From: Campylobacterales bacterium
Lineage (GTDB): Bacteria > Campylobacterota > Campylobacteria > Campylobacterales > QNZT01
Direction: 5' to 3'
Assembly: GCA_027081495.1 (NCBI GenBank)
Contig: JALWKJ010000181.1
Span: 1-41,357 of the forward strand
DNA length: 41,357 bases
Below the pieces are notes generated by a model. The model was not told the DNA's origin, searched no databases, and worked only from the letters and a program-made list of their open reading frames with translations. Made by a program: the position numbers and the translations under genes. This document shows, one piece after another, positions 17,520 through 27,319 of this stretch. Numbering within the stretch: position 1 is the first letter of the stretch; each line of letters starts with the position of its first letter.

Positions 17520-18842
17520 ATGAAAGATCTCGGAATTTCTCTGGCAATCGGCATACTCTTTTTTCTGATTTCGATAACGATATTTTCACTCCATCATGCC
17601 CTTCTTATCTCTCTGGTCGCATTTTTGGTAACTCTATGGACAAACGGCGCGCTGCCTCTTGGCGTCGTATCTTTGCTTCCCATCATTCTCTTTCCGGCTT
17701 TTGGCATCTTAGATATCAAAGAAGTCGCGCCCAATTATTCTAAAACGATTATATTTTTATTTATCGGCGGCTTCATGATCGCTATCGCGGTTGAAAAGAT
17801 AGGTTTGCATAAATTTTTCAGCGCAAAACTTCTTTCATATTTCCCAAATACTCCAACAGGCATCATCTATGCGCTTGCCGTAACTTCAGCGCTGCTTAGC
17901 GCTGTACTTTCAAATACGACCATCACCCTCATGCTTCTTCCTATCGGTTTATATTTGAGTGAAAATATAAAATTAAAAGTCAGATTTCTTCTAGCTATCG
18001 CTTATGGAGCCAGTATCGGCGGTATTATCACGCCGATCGGCACGCCGCCGAATATGCTGCTTCTTGGATTTTTAGAAGAGCATGGGGTTTTGGCTCCCTC
18101 TTTTGGAGAATGGATCGTCATGCTTTTACCAGTTGCCGTAATAATGCTTTTAACGATTCCCTACATCCTTTCAAGGAGCGTTAAAAACGAATCGGTCTTG
18201 GAAATCGATACAGCCGTACCCATACTTGACAAAAAACAGAAAAGATTAATCTATATTATATCCTCGCTCGCCCTTCTTCTTATCGTAAACACTCCGATAA
18301 AGCCCTACTACTCCGGTCTGGGGCTAAATGAAAAACTTATACTGCTAGGATACGGACTGCTTATGTTTATGCCGAAATTCGGTTTTTTAAACTGGGACGA
18401 CACGAAACGGCTTCCTTATGAGATCATCTTTTTATTTGGCGCGGGCTTTAGCATAGCGACCGCTTTTAGCAAAACGGGGCTTGCGGCGGAAATTGCTCAT
18501 AAAATATCCTTTATCTCCCAAATGCCGCTTTTTTGGATGCTTATTTTAGTAGCTTTATTTGTCAGCTTTTCAACCGAAGTTACAAGCAACACGGCGTTGA
18601 CTTCTATTGCTCTACCGATTTTTTACGAATTTGCAAAAGATATGGGACATGACGGAATAGTATTGATGATGGTAGCGACCATCGCGGCTTCCTACGCATT
18701 TATGCTCCCCATAGCCACTCCTCCAAATGCGATTGTCATGAGTTCACGAGTCATTAAAGTGGGCACTATGGCAAAGATCGGCGTAATCGCAAACTTTATA
18801 GGGGTTTTCGTTGTCGGTGTTGTAGGATATTTTTTATGGTAA
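17520..18842 (+). CDS. DASS/SLC13-family sodium-coupled anion (di/tricarboxylate or sulfate) symporter
   Basis: 440-aa polytopic protein with the duplicated hairpin motifs SNT (LSNTTITLM / VTSNTALT) and GTPPN / ATPPN that characterise the DASS family. Strong AAAGGAG RBS. Confidence 0.75.
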   Translation: MKDLGISLAIGILFFLISITIFSLHHALLISLVAFLVTLWTNGALPLGVVSLLPIILFPAFGILDIKEVAPNYSKTIIFLFIGGFMIAIAVEKIGLHKFFSAKLLSYFPNTPTGIIYALAVTSALLSAVLSNTTITLMLLPIGLYLSENIKLKVRFLLAIAYGASIGGIITPIGTPPNMLLLGFLEEHGVLAPSFGEWIVMLLPVAVIMLLTIPYILSRSVKNESVLEIDTAVPILDKKQKRLIYIISSLALLLIVNTPIKPYYSGLGLNEKLILLGYGLLMFMPKFGFLNWDDTKRLPYEIIFLFGAGFSIATAFSKTGLAAEIAHKISFISQMPLFWMLILVALFVSFSTEVTSNTALTSIALPIFYEFAKDMGHDGIVLMMVATIAASYAFMLPIATPPNAIVMSSRVIKVGTMAKIGVIANFIGVFVVGVVGYFLW

Positions 18843-18850
18843 GTCTATTT

Positions 18851-18887
18851 TCATACCGCCAAAAAGCGGTATGAAAAAGTTTTTTTA
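18851..18887. terminator. Bidirectional intrinsic terminator between the convergent DASS and porin genes
   Basis: Stem tcataccgc / gcggtatga with a 6-nt loop, flanked by a T-rich sequence on the + strand (aaaaagttttttt) and an A/T run on the other side. Confidence 0.6.
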
Positions 18888-20102
18888 TTAGAAGTTGTAA
18901 GTAAGATATACTTGAACATCGTTTTGTTTATCAGTCTTGGTATCATCGTCGGTATAGACATACGCTAAAGTGGCGTCAAGATTTCCAAAAGATTTTCCGG
19001 CAGTTACCGCCAACTCGCTTACGGCGTCATTTGTTGTTTGATTTTCCCAGTTTGTATAGTAGAGTCCAAGATCGGCGACATTTTCTACGCTATAAGTCGC
19101 GGTTACATTATATGCGTCGGTATCTTGAGCTCCCTGTCCTCCTACATCCCACCAACCGGCGGTATATAACGGCGTTTGCGCTCCACCGAGGTTAACAAAA
19201 CCAAGCGTTCCTGAAGTTCCGGTCATTTTATCGACTGTCGAATATGCCGCCGAAAGTCCAAGTCCTTCGTAATTATAACCGATTTTAACACCGATCGCGT
19301 TACCGTCTGAGTTGTCGTCTCCATCAAGCATACCGTACTGAGCGCCTAATGAAAAACCTTCATACTCGCCTTCGGCTTGAAGCCAACCGACATTTGCTAC
19401 TCTTGGAGCTACATAATACCAAGCTTGCGCGACAATCGAAGGAATCGCTTTTGTTACAGCACCAAACGCATAAGCCCCTTCTTTTGTAAGAAATTGATTA
19501 AAACCGTTACCTATGTTTCTAGCATTTACGGTTCTTCCCGCCGCTACATTGCTTCTTCCTACCCACGCCGCTACCAATGTAGTGTCAACGATATCGTTAT
19601 TTACCGCAACCGCAGCATCATAACTGTTTCTTGCGATATTCCATTTTTCGGTAAATACCATCGGAGTGGCAAGTTCCTGACGACCTACAACCATAGTGGT
19701 ATTTGAGATACCGTTTAACGGATTGAATGTAAGATTTAATGTATCGATCCAAACGGCATCTCTTAATCTCGGTCCATAAGCGTTTGGAGGAGTTACCGCC
19801 GTAACATCGTCTCCAACCCAGGTATCCGCGACAAGAGTGTTTTCAAGCCCCATAGTAGATACGCCGGTGATACCGTAGTTTAATTTCACGCATGTATCGC
19901 AAGCGCCTACGGCTGCGGTTCCACCAAGATGAACGGCGGTATTGCCGTATGAAGTTCCTTTATCGAAAAGATCTCCGTTAGAAGCATCGTTTGTTCCGTA
20001 AAATAAACTCGCACTCCCTCCAAAACTTTGACTTTTGATATCCGCGTTTGCCGCTGTCGCGATTAAAGCGATCGCGGCTATACTTAAATTAATTTTTTTC
20101 AT
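18888..20102 (-). CDS. Major outer-membrane porin (Campylobacter MOMP/PorA-like)
   Basis: The start is placed at MKKINLSIAAIALIATAANA (signal peptide, GAGGAGAAAAA RBS) at 20102. The sequence has a beta-barrel-like alternating pattern, is G/T/N/Y-rich, and ends in YLTYNF. The 73 upstream codons in the ORF track look non-coding. Confidence 0.8.
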   Translation of the reverse strand: MKKINLSIAAIALIATAANADIKSQSFGGSASLFYGTNDASNGDLFDKGTSYGNTAVHLGGTAAVGACDTCVKLNYGITGVSTMGLENTLVADTWVGDDVTAVTPPNAYGPRLRDAVWIDTLNLTFNPLNGISNTTMVVGRQELATPMVFTEKWNIARNSYDAAVAVNNDIVDTTLVAAWVGRSNVAAGRTVNARNIGNGFNQFLTKEGAYAFGAVTKAIPSIVAQAWYYVAPRVANVGWLQAEGEYEGFSLGAQYGMLDGDDNSDGNAIGVKIGYNYEGLGLSAAYSTVDKMTGTSGTLGFVNLGGAQTPLYTAGWWDVGGQGAQDTDAYNVTATYSVENVADLGLYYTNWENQTTNDAVSELAVTAGKSFGNLDATLAYVYTDDDTKTDKQNDVQVYLTYNF

Positions 20103-20366
20103 TTTTTCTCCTCTTAAATTGATAAAACAAGTGATAATCTTATCATATAAGAACTTATGATAAAACCCAAAATATCTAATTTTTTGACAAAAAGGTGAAA
20201 TAATATAAAAAAATTTATACAAAAAGAAGTAAGTGTTATTATAAATATAAATAATATTGCGATATTTTGCCGAAATAACGATTTGCTTAAAAGAACATCT
20301 TGTTTTAAAGTATGCTAACAACTACAAAGTGTTACAATTTTTTCTGAACTTTTTAAAGGACACTAA

Positions 20367-21794
20367 ATGAGAAAAACAAAAATAGTAGTGACTATCGGAC
20401 CGGCTACTTCTTCGTTTGAGATAATAAAAACGCTTATATTAAAAGGCGTGAATGTTTTTCGACTCAATTTTTCACACGGAGATCATGAAATACACGCCCA
20501 AAATATCGAAAAAATTCGAAACGCTTCAAAACAGACGCAAAAAGAAGTGGCGATCTTGCAGGATATTTCCGGACCAAAAGTAAGAATAGGAAAAATCGAC
20601 GGAATATTAAAACTACATAAAGGAGATACGATTATTCTCTCCAAAACCGAAAATCCGAATAATCCAAAAGAATTAAGTATTTCATACCCGCTTATAATCG
20701 ATATAGTCAACATCGCAGACGAGGTCTTTTTTGCGGACGGCACCATCAAAACCGTCGTGATAGAAAAAGATGAAGGAAAATTATATCTTAAATTACTCAA
20801 CGACGGTGAGCTGACATCTCATAAAGGAGTAAATTTCCCGCATACAAAACTGATGATATCCGCCATTACCGAAAAAGATAAAAAGGATCTTGCCTTTGGC
20901 GCAAATCATGATATCGATATGGTCGCGTTGTCATTTGTGCAAAATAAACACGATATTTTAAAAGCCAAAGAGATTATGGCAAAACATGATTTTGATCCTA
21001 TGATCATCTCAAAAATCGAAACCGGCGCCGCGCTTGAAAACATAAACGAACTTTTAGAGTTAAGCGATGGCGTCATGGTGGCTCGCGGCGACTTGGGCGC
21101 GGAATTTGGAGTCACAAAACTTCCGCGAATCCAAAAGCATATTATTTCAATCGCAAATCAAGCCAACAAACCGGTCATAACGGCAACTCAAATGTTGACA
21201 TCTATGAAAGAAAACCCTTTCCCCACCCGCGCTGAAGTAAGCGATATAGCAAACGCGGTCTATGACGGTACGGACGCCGTAATGCTCAGCGATGAAACGA
21301 CAATCGGAAAATTCCCTATTCAAGCTGTAGAGGTGCTGCATGAGAGCATAAAAGATGTCGAAAAAGATTATCCGTTTTTAAAAGAATTCTCTTCTTGCAA
21401 CAGCTCCGACGCAATCGCAAAATCGGCCGTACAACTCTCCGCAAGTTTAAACAAAGAAGCTTTAGTCGCTTTTACAAACTCCGGATACAGCGCTCAAGCT
21501 CTTTCGAGATATCGCCCTAAAGTAAGTATTTATGCCGTATCTCATTCTCTAAAAACTCATCGCCGACTAAATCTCGTCTGGGGAGTAAGACCGCTATTTA
21601 TCATGAAAGAGATCAACAATCCTACAAAATTGTTATATAACTTTGTAACTAGATTATTGAAAGAAAATAGAATCAGTAAAGATAAAAGATTTATAGTCAC
21701 AATGGGCAGCTATAAAAATATGAGAGGATCGACAAATATCATCCGCCTTTTAAACAAGGAAGCGATTGAAGCGGTTTTGGGATATGAGCTCTAA
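20367..21794 (+). CDS. pyk: Pyruvate kinase
   Basis: MRKTKIVVTIGPA, NFSHG, ISKIE and MVARGDLG motifs. 475 aa. Confidence 0.95.
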   Translation: MRKTKIVVTIGPATSSFEIIKTLILKGVNVFRLNFSHGDHEIHAQNIEKIRNASKQTQKEVAILQDISGPKVRIGKIDGILKLHKGDTIILSKTENPNNPKELSISYPLIIDIVNIADEVFFADGTIKTVVIEKDEGKLYLKLLNDGELTSHKGVNFPHTKLMISAITEKDKKDLAFGANHDIDMVALSFVQNKHDILKAKEIMAKHDFDPMIISKIETGAALENINELLELSDGVMVARGDLGAEFGVTKLPRIQKHIISIANQANKPVITATQMLTSMKENPFPTRAEVSDIANAVYDGTDAVMLSDETTIGKFPIQAVEVLHESIKDVEKDYPFLKEFSSCNSSDAIAKSAVQLSASLNKEALVAFTNSGYSAQALSRYRPKVSIYAVSHSLKTHRRLNLVWGVRPLFIMKEINNPTKLLYNFVTRLLKENRISKDKRFIVTMGSYKNMRGSTNIIRLLNKEAIEAVLGYEL

Positions 21795-21924
21795 ATCTAT
21801 CTCAAACTTTTAAAAGATTTCTATATATAGTTTTTAACGATGTATTCTCCCAAATAAGAGTATAATTACGATTATGGCTTTTATATTTAATAAATTCACC
21901 AAATCTAATAGCAAGGAGAATGAA

Positions 21925-22266
21925 ATGGGACGCTACCGACAAAAACTCGAAGATATCAAAAAGCTTATAGGTCGTCTTCAAAAACAGATGCCGGAACAAA
22001 TAAGCGCTTTTAACAATTTTATGAAAGCGGTCGAATCTCCCGGAGCTCTTGATCAAAAACAAAAAGAGCTTACAAATGTCGCGCTTGCCGTCGCCGCACA
22101 ATGCGAATGGTGCATAGCTTTACATGTAAAAGGCGCATTGAAAGAGGGAGCGTCCAAAGAAGAGATCATAGAAGCGGGAATGCAAGCGGTTTTGATGCAC
22201 GGCGGTCCGGCTCTTATGTATATGACTCCCCTTGAAGAAGCTCTTGAAGAGTATAGCGATGGATAA
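21925..22266 (+). CDS. Carboxymuconolactone decarboxylase-family, AhpD-like CxxC protein
   Basis: E-x11-C-x2-C-x3-H is present exactly (ELTNVALAVAAQCEWCIALH). The ATG at 21925 follows AAGGAG. The 3' end overlaps the E1alpha ATG (ATGGATAA). Confidence 0.8.
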   Translation: MGRYRQKLEDIKKLIGRLQKQMPEQISAFNNFMKAVESPGALDQKQKELTNVALAVAAQCEWCIALHVKGALKEGASKEEIIEAGMQAVLMHGGPALMYMTPLEEALEEYSDG

Positions 22267-23212
22267 ACTGCTTTTAGAAGAGATTTATTATCTTATGGCA
22301 CTTGGAAGAGATTTCGAATATGCCGCGAAAGAGCATTATATGAACGGTAACATTTCAGGATTTTTACATCTTGATATCGGGCAAGAGGGCTTTAGCGTGG
22401 CTGCGCTAAAAGCTTTTGAAAAAGGAGATCTCTTTACTACCTATCGCGAACACATACTCGCTATCGCAAGAGGGATAGATCCTAAAAAAATTATGGCGGA
22501 GCTGTTTGGGAAAGTTACGGGAGTGAGTGAAGGTAGAGGAGGATCTATGCATCTTTTCGATCCTTCATATTTTTTTTACGGAGGAGACGCGATCGTAGGA
22601 GGTCATCTTCCAAATGCGGTCGGTTGCGCTTATGCGAGAAAGTATCAAGGGCAAAACAACGCCGTTATGGCGATTTTTGGAGACGGAGCGACAAACGGCG
22701 GCGCATTTTTCGAATCGTTAAATATCGCTTCCGCTCAAAAGCTTCCGCTTATATTTTTGTGTGAAAATAACGGTTACGCAATCGGAACGAAAATTGAAAG
22801 AGTATCGCCCTTTAAAAAACAAGCTCATAAAGCAAAAGCCTATATGCCGACAATCGAAGTTGACGGAATGGATCCTTTAGCCGTTTACCGAAGCGTTAAA
22901 AAAGCTTTGGAGTATGTAAGCGACGATCTGGGTCCAATCTTTATCGAAGCTATGACTTGCAGATTTGAAGGGCACTCAATGAGCGATTCAAACAGTTACA
23001 GAAGCTCTCAAGAGATGAAAATTTGCAAATCACAAGATCCAATCGAAAAAATTAAAAATATGATCGACCCGAAAATCGCTAACGAACTTGAAAAAAAAGC
23101 CCAAGAGGTGATCTACGAAGCGGTAGAATTTGCAAAAAACTCACCCTCTCCCGACATATACGATCTAAAAAAACATACCTTCACACAGGAGATAAAAGAT
23201 GTTATATCGTGA
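22259..23212 (+). CDS. pdhA: 2-oxoacid (pyruvate/acetoin-type) dehydrogenase E1 component, alpha subunit
   Basis: TPP-binding motif GDGATNGGAFFESLNIA...LCENNGYA. Heterotetrameric E1 type. Pyruvate versus acetoin specificity cannot be decided from sequence by eye. Confidence 0.85.
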   Translation: MDKLLLEEIYYLMALGRDFEYAAKEHYMNGNISGFLHLDIGQEGFSVAALKAFEKGDLFTTYREHILAIARGIDPKKIMAELFGKVTGVSEGRGGSMHLFDPSYFFYGGDAIVGGHLPNAVGCAYARKYQGQNNAVMAIFGDGATNGGAFFESLNIASAQKLPLIFLCENNGYAIGTKIERVSPFKKQAHKAKAYMPTIEVDGMDPLAVYRSVKKALEYVSDDLGPIFIEAMTCRFEGHSMSDSNSYRSSQEMKICKSQDPIEKIKNMIDPKIANELEKKAQEVIYEAVEFAKNSPSPDIYDLKKHTFTQEIKDVIS

Positions 23213-24176
23213 AGCTCTAAATATGGCGATAAACGAAACGATGAAAGAGGATGAAAATGTCGTCATACTCGGAGAAGATGTAGGGCTATACGGAGGTTCT
23301 TATCGGGTAACGGAAGGTTTGTACGCAAAATACGGCGAAAAAAGAGTCATAGATACTCCCATAGCCGAACTTAGCATAGTAGGAAACGCGATCGGTATGG
23401 CAATAGGAGGTTTAAGACCGATTGCGGAAATCATGACGGCAAATTTCGCCCTGCTTAGTTTTGATCAAATCATAAACCACATGGCAAAATACCACTATAT
23501 GAGCGCTGGCAAGATCACTTTGCCTATGGTTGTAAGATTTCCGCAGGGAGTAAGCCGACAATTGGCGGCTCAACACTCCGAGAGTTACGAACAGATGCTT
23601 TGCGCCGTTCCGGGTGTGATAGTGCTAAGCGCGTCAAATCCAAACTATGCTTATTTTGGACTGAAAAAAGCCGTCCTTTTGGATGATCCGGTAATTTTCA
23701 TAGAACATGAACTGTTATATAACAAACAAGGCGAAATCGATTTTGAAAATCCGATTGATCCTTTCAAAATACAGATTCTAAAAGAGGGAAAAGATTTAAC
23801 TATTATCACCTATCTTAAAATGTGCGATTTGGTTTTAGAAGCGGTACAAGAGATAGAAAACAGACTTGATATCTCATGTGAAGTTATAGATTTAGGAGCT
23901 TTAAATCCGGTTGATTACGAAGGTATTAAAAAATCTATCGACAAAACTTCGAGGGTCGTTGTAGTGGAAGAAGATCATAAAACCGGCGGATACGGCGCGC
24001 AGATAGTAAGTTATATCGCGGAAAATCTTTTCTACTCTCTTGACGCGCCGCCTCTTAGAATAGCCGGCGCCGATGTTCCTATACCATACAACAGAGAACT
24101 TGAACTCTCGGCAATTCCAACATCCGATTCTATTACGAAAGAGATTATATCATGGGGGCAAAAAAATGGCTTATGA
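23199..24176 (+). CDS. pdhB: 2-oxoacid dehydrogenase E1 component, beta subunit
   Basis: Transketolase-like pyrimidine-binding and C-terminal domains (VILGEDVG..GG, DTPIAE, PVIFIEH). Overlaps both neighbours. Confidence 0.85.
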   Translation: MLYREALNMAINETMKEDENVVILGEDVGLYGGSYRVTEGLYAKYGEKRVIDTPIAELSIVGNAIGMAIGGLRPIAEIMTANFALLSFDQIINHMAKYHYMSAGKITLPMVVRFPQGVSRQLAAQHSESYEQMLCAVPGVIVLSASNPNYAYFGLKKAVLLDDPVIFIEHELLYNKQGEIDFENPIDPFKIQILKEGKDLTIITYLKMCDLVLEAVQEIENRLDISCEVIDLGALNPVDYEGIKKSIDKTSRVVVVEEDHKTGGYGAQIVSYIAENLFYSLDAPPLRIAGADVPIPYNRELELSAIPTSDSITKEIISWGQKNGL

Positions 24177-25416
24177 AATCGTCATGCCTCAACTTTCCGA
24201 TTCTATGGAAGAGGGAAAACTTATCAGCTGGAAGATAAAAGAAAAACAGAGCGTCAAAAAAGGCGATGTCATAGCGGAAGTAGAATCTGACAAAGCCATC
24301 ATGGAAGTTCAAAGCTTTAAAGACGGTATTGTCGAAGAGATCAAAGTTAAAGAGGGAGAGAGCGTGCCCGTGGGAACGGTAATCGCCGTTATCGACACAA
24401 CCTCAAAAGAGACAAAAACGGATGTAAAGACATTGCCGCCAAAAAGCAAAGAGAAAAAAAAAGATGAAACTAAACAGGAAACTTTTTTTGATGAAATCAT
24501 AAAAAGTTCAAAAGAAAACGAAAATAAAAACCTCGAATCTTCCGTAAAAACGGCAAAAGCGGATGCTTCGCCGAAAGCAAAAGCGGTTGCGGCAAGATAC
24601 GGCGTAGATATACAAGAACTCCAAAAAAAAGGCATTATCGATATACCCGCTCACGAAGACGATATAAAGGAGTATCATCTAAAAAAATACTTCACGCAAA
24701 AAGCTCTTAATCTGCTAAAACAATATCGACTCGATCCTTCTATTTTTAGCGAAGATAAAAAACACGACACCGAGGATATACTCTCATATATAAAAACTCA
24801 TAATATCGCTCTTGCGAAAAAGATAGAGCCTTTTCAAAAAACTCTCATAAAAAGCGTTATAGAGGCGGCAAAAAAACCGTCGTTTCACATATACGACTAC
24901 ATAAACGCCTCACTTTTAAAAAATAAAAAAGAGTATTCGTTGACCGTATGGCTGATAGTTCTTTTCGCTAAAGCCATAATGAAACATAAAGAGTTTAGAT
25001 CCATACTTAAAGAAGATATGATTGAAACCTATCAAAACGCTTCGATCTCTTTGGCTATAGCCCAAGGAAAATATCTATATATGCCGGTTTTAAAAAATAT
25101 CGATCAATTGACTCCCGCGCAAATAAACGATCGTCTGAAAGATTTTGAACAAAAAGCCAAAAACCGTACTTTTTCACTAAAAGAGTTTGAAGGCTCCACT
25201 TTCGGCATATCGAATCTAGGAATGACCGGCATATATCGTTTTGATGCCATGATTAACAAAAATGACAGTGCAATAGCGGCGATAGGAGCTTTAGATAACG
25301 AAAAAATATCCATAACTCTTACTATCGATCATAGAGTCATTAACGGATATCAAGCCGCCGAATTTATGCAAACATTAAAAGAGTTATCCCTAAATCCTCA
25401 AACTTTCAAGGAGTAA
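24166..25416 (+). CDS. pdhC: Dihydrolipoamide acyltransferase E2 component
   Basis: N-terminal lipoyl domain (MPQLSDSMEEG...EVESDKAIMEV), a peripheral-subunit-binding segment (ASPKAKAVAARYGVDI) and a catalytic domain with DHRVINGYQAAEF. The start is placed at MAYEIVMP (24166). Confidence 0.85.
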   Translation: MAYEIVMPQLSDSMEEGKLISWKIKEKQSVKKGDVIAEVESDKAIMEVQSFKDGIVEEIKVKEGESVPVGTVIAVIDTTSKETKTDVKTLPPKSKEKKKDETKQETFFDEIIKSSKENENKNLESSVKTAKADASPKAKAVAARYGVDIQELQKKGIIDIPAHEDDIKEYHLKKYFTQKALNLLKQYRLDPSIFSEDKKHDTEDILSYIKTHNIALAKKIEPFQKTLIKSVIEAAKKPSFHIYDYINASLLKNKKEYSLTVWLIVLFAKAIMKHKEFRSILKEDMIETYQNASISLAIAQGKYLYMPVLKNIDQLTPAQINDRLKDFEQKAKNRTFSLKEFEGSTFGISNLGMTGIYRFDAMINKNDSAIAAIGALDNEKISITLTIDHRVINGYQAAEFMQTLKELSLNPQTFKE

Positions 25417-25418
25417 AA

Positions 25419-26738
25419 ATGTATGATATCGTCTATGTCGGAGGAGGACTTAATTACGCCGGAGCGATAGTCGCAGCAAAAAATTCACTAAAAGTCGCGC
25501 TCATAGAGAGATCTTTGGATCAACTTGGAGGTATATGTCTGCACAAAGGGTGTATCCCTTCAAAAATGCTTCTTCATTACGCAAATACGATTCTTCAAAG
25601 CAAAGAGGAGATCTTTAGCGGAAAATTAAAACTAAACCTAAAAGCTCTAATAGAAAAAAAGAAAAAAATCATCGCCTCCGCAACAAAAGCGGTCTTATCG
25701 CAATGTAAAGATATCGATCTTATCGAAGCGGATGCAAAACTCATAAAACCTCATGTTATAGAAGCAAACGGCAAAAAAATAGAAGCCAAACATATAGTTT
25801 TGGGCACCGGTTCGTCGCCTTTTATTCCAAAAGGTATTGAGTACAACAAAAAAGATATCATAACAAGCGATGAAGCGCTTGAGTTGGAAGAGCTGCCAAA
25901 AAGTATAGCCATCTACGGAAACGGAGCAATCGGTCTTGAAATGGCGACATATTTCGCATCGCTTGGAGTCGTAACGACAATCATCTCAAGAGGTGAAGGA
26001 ATTTTAAAAAAAGCTCATCCTCTTATACAAAGTTCTCTAAAGCTTCAACTTGAAAAACTCGGCATAAACCGCTTGGAAAATCATCCCGTAAATAAAGCAA
26101 AAAGTACTTTTAGAGGAGTTCATGTCGTTTTTGAAGAGGGACATTCGAGATATTTTGATACTCTGCTTGTCGCAACCGGACGAAGAGCAAATACGGATGT
26201 TGTCGCTGCAAAAAGTATCGAAATATCGAGAAAAGGGATAAATACCGATGAATATTTTGAGACGACACTTAAAAATCACTATGCCATAGGCGACTGCAAC
26301 GGAAAACTGCAATTAGCCCATGCCGCAAGAGCGCAAGCGCTAAATGTAACTCTTAGGATTCTTGGCAAAAAACCGTCAAAAATAGATCTTGACAATGTCG
26401 TGAAATTTATTCACACTCAACCTATGAGTTATGCGAGTGTCGGAAAGAATAGAGAAACTCTTGAAAAAGAAAAAATAGAATACAAAGAGAGTATAGTCCC
26501 TCTTAGCCACTTTACAAATTCACTTTTTCATCAAGCAAGCAACGGTTACATGATAGTTTATGCCGACAAAAAAGGTTTTATTCTATCCGCCGAACTTCTA
26601 GCGCCCGATGCCGAAGAGCTCATATCCGCGGTAGCGACCGCGCTTGCGGGGGAGATGGATGCGACTCTAGCCCAAAAGACTATAATGGCTCATCCTACAT
26701 TCAGCGAAGCGTTAGAGAGAGCTTATTTTAGATTATGA
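25419..26738 (+). CDS. lpdA: Dihydrolipoyl dehydrogenase E3
   Basis: FAD-binding site VGGGLNYAG, redox-active disulfide GGICLHKGCIPSK, NAD site IYGNGAIGLE and a C-terminal HPTFSEAL interface motif. At 439 aa it is rather short. Confidence 0.85.
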   Translation: MYDIVYVGGGLNYAGAIVAAKNSLKVALIERSLDQLGGICLHKGCIPSKMLLHYANTILQSKEEIFSGKLKLNLKALIEKKKKIIASATKAVLSQCKDIDLIEADAKLIKPHVIEANGKKIEAKHIVLGTGSSPFIPKGIEYNKKDIITSDEALELEELPKSIAIYGNGAIGLEMATYFASLGVVTTIISRGEGILKKAHPLIQSSLKLQLEKLGINRLENHPVNKAKSTFRGVHVVFEEGHSRYFDTLLVATGRRANTDVVAAKSIEISRKGINTDEYFETTLKNHYAIGDCNGKLQLAHAARAQALNVTLRILGKKPSKIDLDNVVKFIHTQPMSYASVGKNRETLEKEKIEYKESIVPLSHFTNSLFHQASNGYMIVYADKKGFILSAELLAPDAEELISAVATALAGEMDATLAQKTIMAHPTFSEALERAYFRL

Positions 26739-27319
26739 TCGTTCATAAATGGGGTATTACGGAGTATAAAGAAGCTATTATAAAGATGCAAAAAGTTCAC
26801 AAGAGCGCATTGGAGGATAAAGAAAATCATCTCATACTGACAAGTCATAAAGCCTGCTTTACCGTCGGAAGAGACGGGTGGGACAAAAAGTGGGATGTCG
26901 AAGCGATAAAATGCGATAGAGGAGGATCGATTACCGCGCATGGAGAAGGACAAAATATCTACTATTTTTGTTTCCAAGTCGCTTCTGCGATACACTTTTT
27001 TAGAAAAGTCGTCTTATCTTTCAAAGATTTTTTCAACTCTTTAAACAAAGATATAAAATACAGCAAGAGTAATCCCGGCTTTTATATACAAAACAGAAAA
27101 TTATGTTCTCTGGGCTTTCGATATAAAGAAGGCGTCTCTTTACACGGTGTCGCGCTTAATGTTGACATAGATCAAAGTTTTCACTCTAAAATAACTCCTT
27201 GTAATCTACAAGGATTCACGACAACTTCACTTGTAAATGAAGATATTCACATAAGCTGTAATGAGGTGAATAAAATAATAGTTTCAGAAATTTTAAAGAA
27301 TTTTAATGAACGCTTATAA
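26735..27319 (+). CDS. lipB: Lipoyl(octanoyl) transferase LipB
   Basis: DRGGSITAHGEGQ (compare the RGGxxTxHGPGQ motif) and ITPCNL (catalytic Cys region). ATGA overlap with lpdA. Confidence 0.75.
   Translation: MIVHKWGITEYKEAIIKMQKVHKSALEDKENHLILTSHKACFTVGRDGWDKKWDVEAIKCDRGGSITAHGEGQNIYYFCFQVASAIHFFRKVVLSFKDFFNSLNKDIKYSKSNPGFYIQNRKLCSLGFRYKEGVSLHGVALNVDIDQSFHSKITPCNLQGFTTTSLVNEDIHISCNEVNKIIVSEILKNFNERL

Noticed and set aside
20103-20321. 73-codon N-terminal extension of the porin ORF in the ORF track
   Set aside because: The extension (MLAYFKTRCSFKQIVISAKYRNIIYIYNNTYFFLYKFFYI...) is AT-rich promoter DNA read in frame. A GAGGAG RBS and a canonical signal peptide begin at 20102.
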